Positions 63,225 through 64,000 of a stretch of 64,000 bases of DNA are shown here, in pieces. Below the pieces are notes generated by a model. The model did no database searches. It saw only the letters and a program-made list of their open reading frames with translations, and was not told the DNA's origin. Source of the DNA: Camelus ferus (Eukaryota); contig NC_045697.1 of assembly GCF_009834535.1 (NCBI RefSeq), positions 39,992,001 through 40,056,000 on the forward strand. Direction: 5' to 3'. The translations under genes and the position numbers were made by a program. Within the stretch, counting starts at the first letter, position 1; each line of letters starts with the position of its first letter.

Positions 63225-63650
63225 AGTAGTGCTTCTCAAACTCTATTGTGACTAAAAATCACCTGGGGCGCTTGCAAAAATTCAGATTCCTGGGCCCAAC
63301 TCCAGACACCTAATTCAGTAGGTCAGGGCCCAGAATTTGCATGCTACCATCCAGAGACCATGCTTTTAGACTATAGGCACAGCTTCAGTCAGTATTTTTA
63401 AATAACATATTTATGGTTTAGTGAGGAGGCTTTGTGTGCTTAGTAACACAGGTTATAGAGTCAGAATTCCTAGGTTTGAATATTGATACCAGCACACACA
63501 TAAGCTGTGTGATCTTGAGGATGTTAACCCATCCAGGCCTCAGTTTCCTAATCTGTAAAATGGGGACAGTGATACCACTTACCTCATATGATGGTTGCGA
63601 GGATTAAATGACTTAACAGTGCCAGGCACAGATTGTCTCTATATGTGTTT
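63225..63650. mobile_element. MER5-like element followed by MIR
   Basis: gtagtgcttctcaaact...aatcacctgggg...cagattcctgggccc; cctcagtttcctaatctgtaaaatggggacagtgatac. Confidence 0.7.
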
Positions 63651-64000
63651 GCTCTTGTTATTACTAAGTCTTGCTCAATTCATAATGGTTCTTATAATAG
63701 AAACACTAACAAAAAGAATTCACACAGATAACAAATAATCTTCTTTGATGTAAATGTTACCCCAGGGCTTAATCATGAGTTAAAAGTGTTGTTTTGTGTG
63801 TATAAGTCGATGTCCTGGGCTGTCAGCTAACATTTCCCACCAAGGGGAGAGAGAGCAGATGATGCTGAGAAGTTGGCAAGGGCCTGATCACGCAGGGCTT
63901 TACATAGCAGCTTAAGAGCTTGGACTTAACTCTGACAGTGATGAAAGCCTTCAACATAGTTTGAAGCTGGAGAGTGCAATCAGAATTGCATTTTAGAAAT

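Noticed and set aside
50800..64000. ABCG2 coding exons
   Set aside because: No ABC-transporter coding sequence is visible; the coding exons presumably lie beyond the window, so the ABCG2 assignment rests on synteny

Overview
This is mammalian genomic DNA, probably camelid, judged from the vic-1-like tRNA-derived SINEs. Bases 1-18,300 are repeat-rich intergenic sequence (L1, L2, MIR, MLT/MER LTRs). The complete PPM1K gene (mitochondrial BCKDH phosphatase, PP2Cm) lies on the + strand. It has a CpG-island promoter at about 18.4-19.9 kb, six coding exons totalling 1119 nt (372 aa, intact), a likely poison/alternative exon in intron 3, and a 3' UTR of about 4 kb. A full-length but decayed class I (gamma-like) endogenous retrovirus follows on the - strand (40,588-49,620). 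It has two LTRs, a 4-bp TSD, a tRNA-Thr PBS, gag with an amber-readthrough pseudoknot, pro-pol, an unexplained hydrophobic frame after pol, and env. Its 5' LTR sits about 400 bp from a second CpG island that, by synteny, is most likely an upstream ABCG2 promoter and non-coding first exon. The most notable signal is that the two LTRs differ by about 10% in their flanks but have no substitutions across a ~172-bp core carrying TATA, octamer, SOX and CCAAT motifs. Repeat family names come from recalled consensus similarity and were not checked by alignment.
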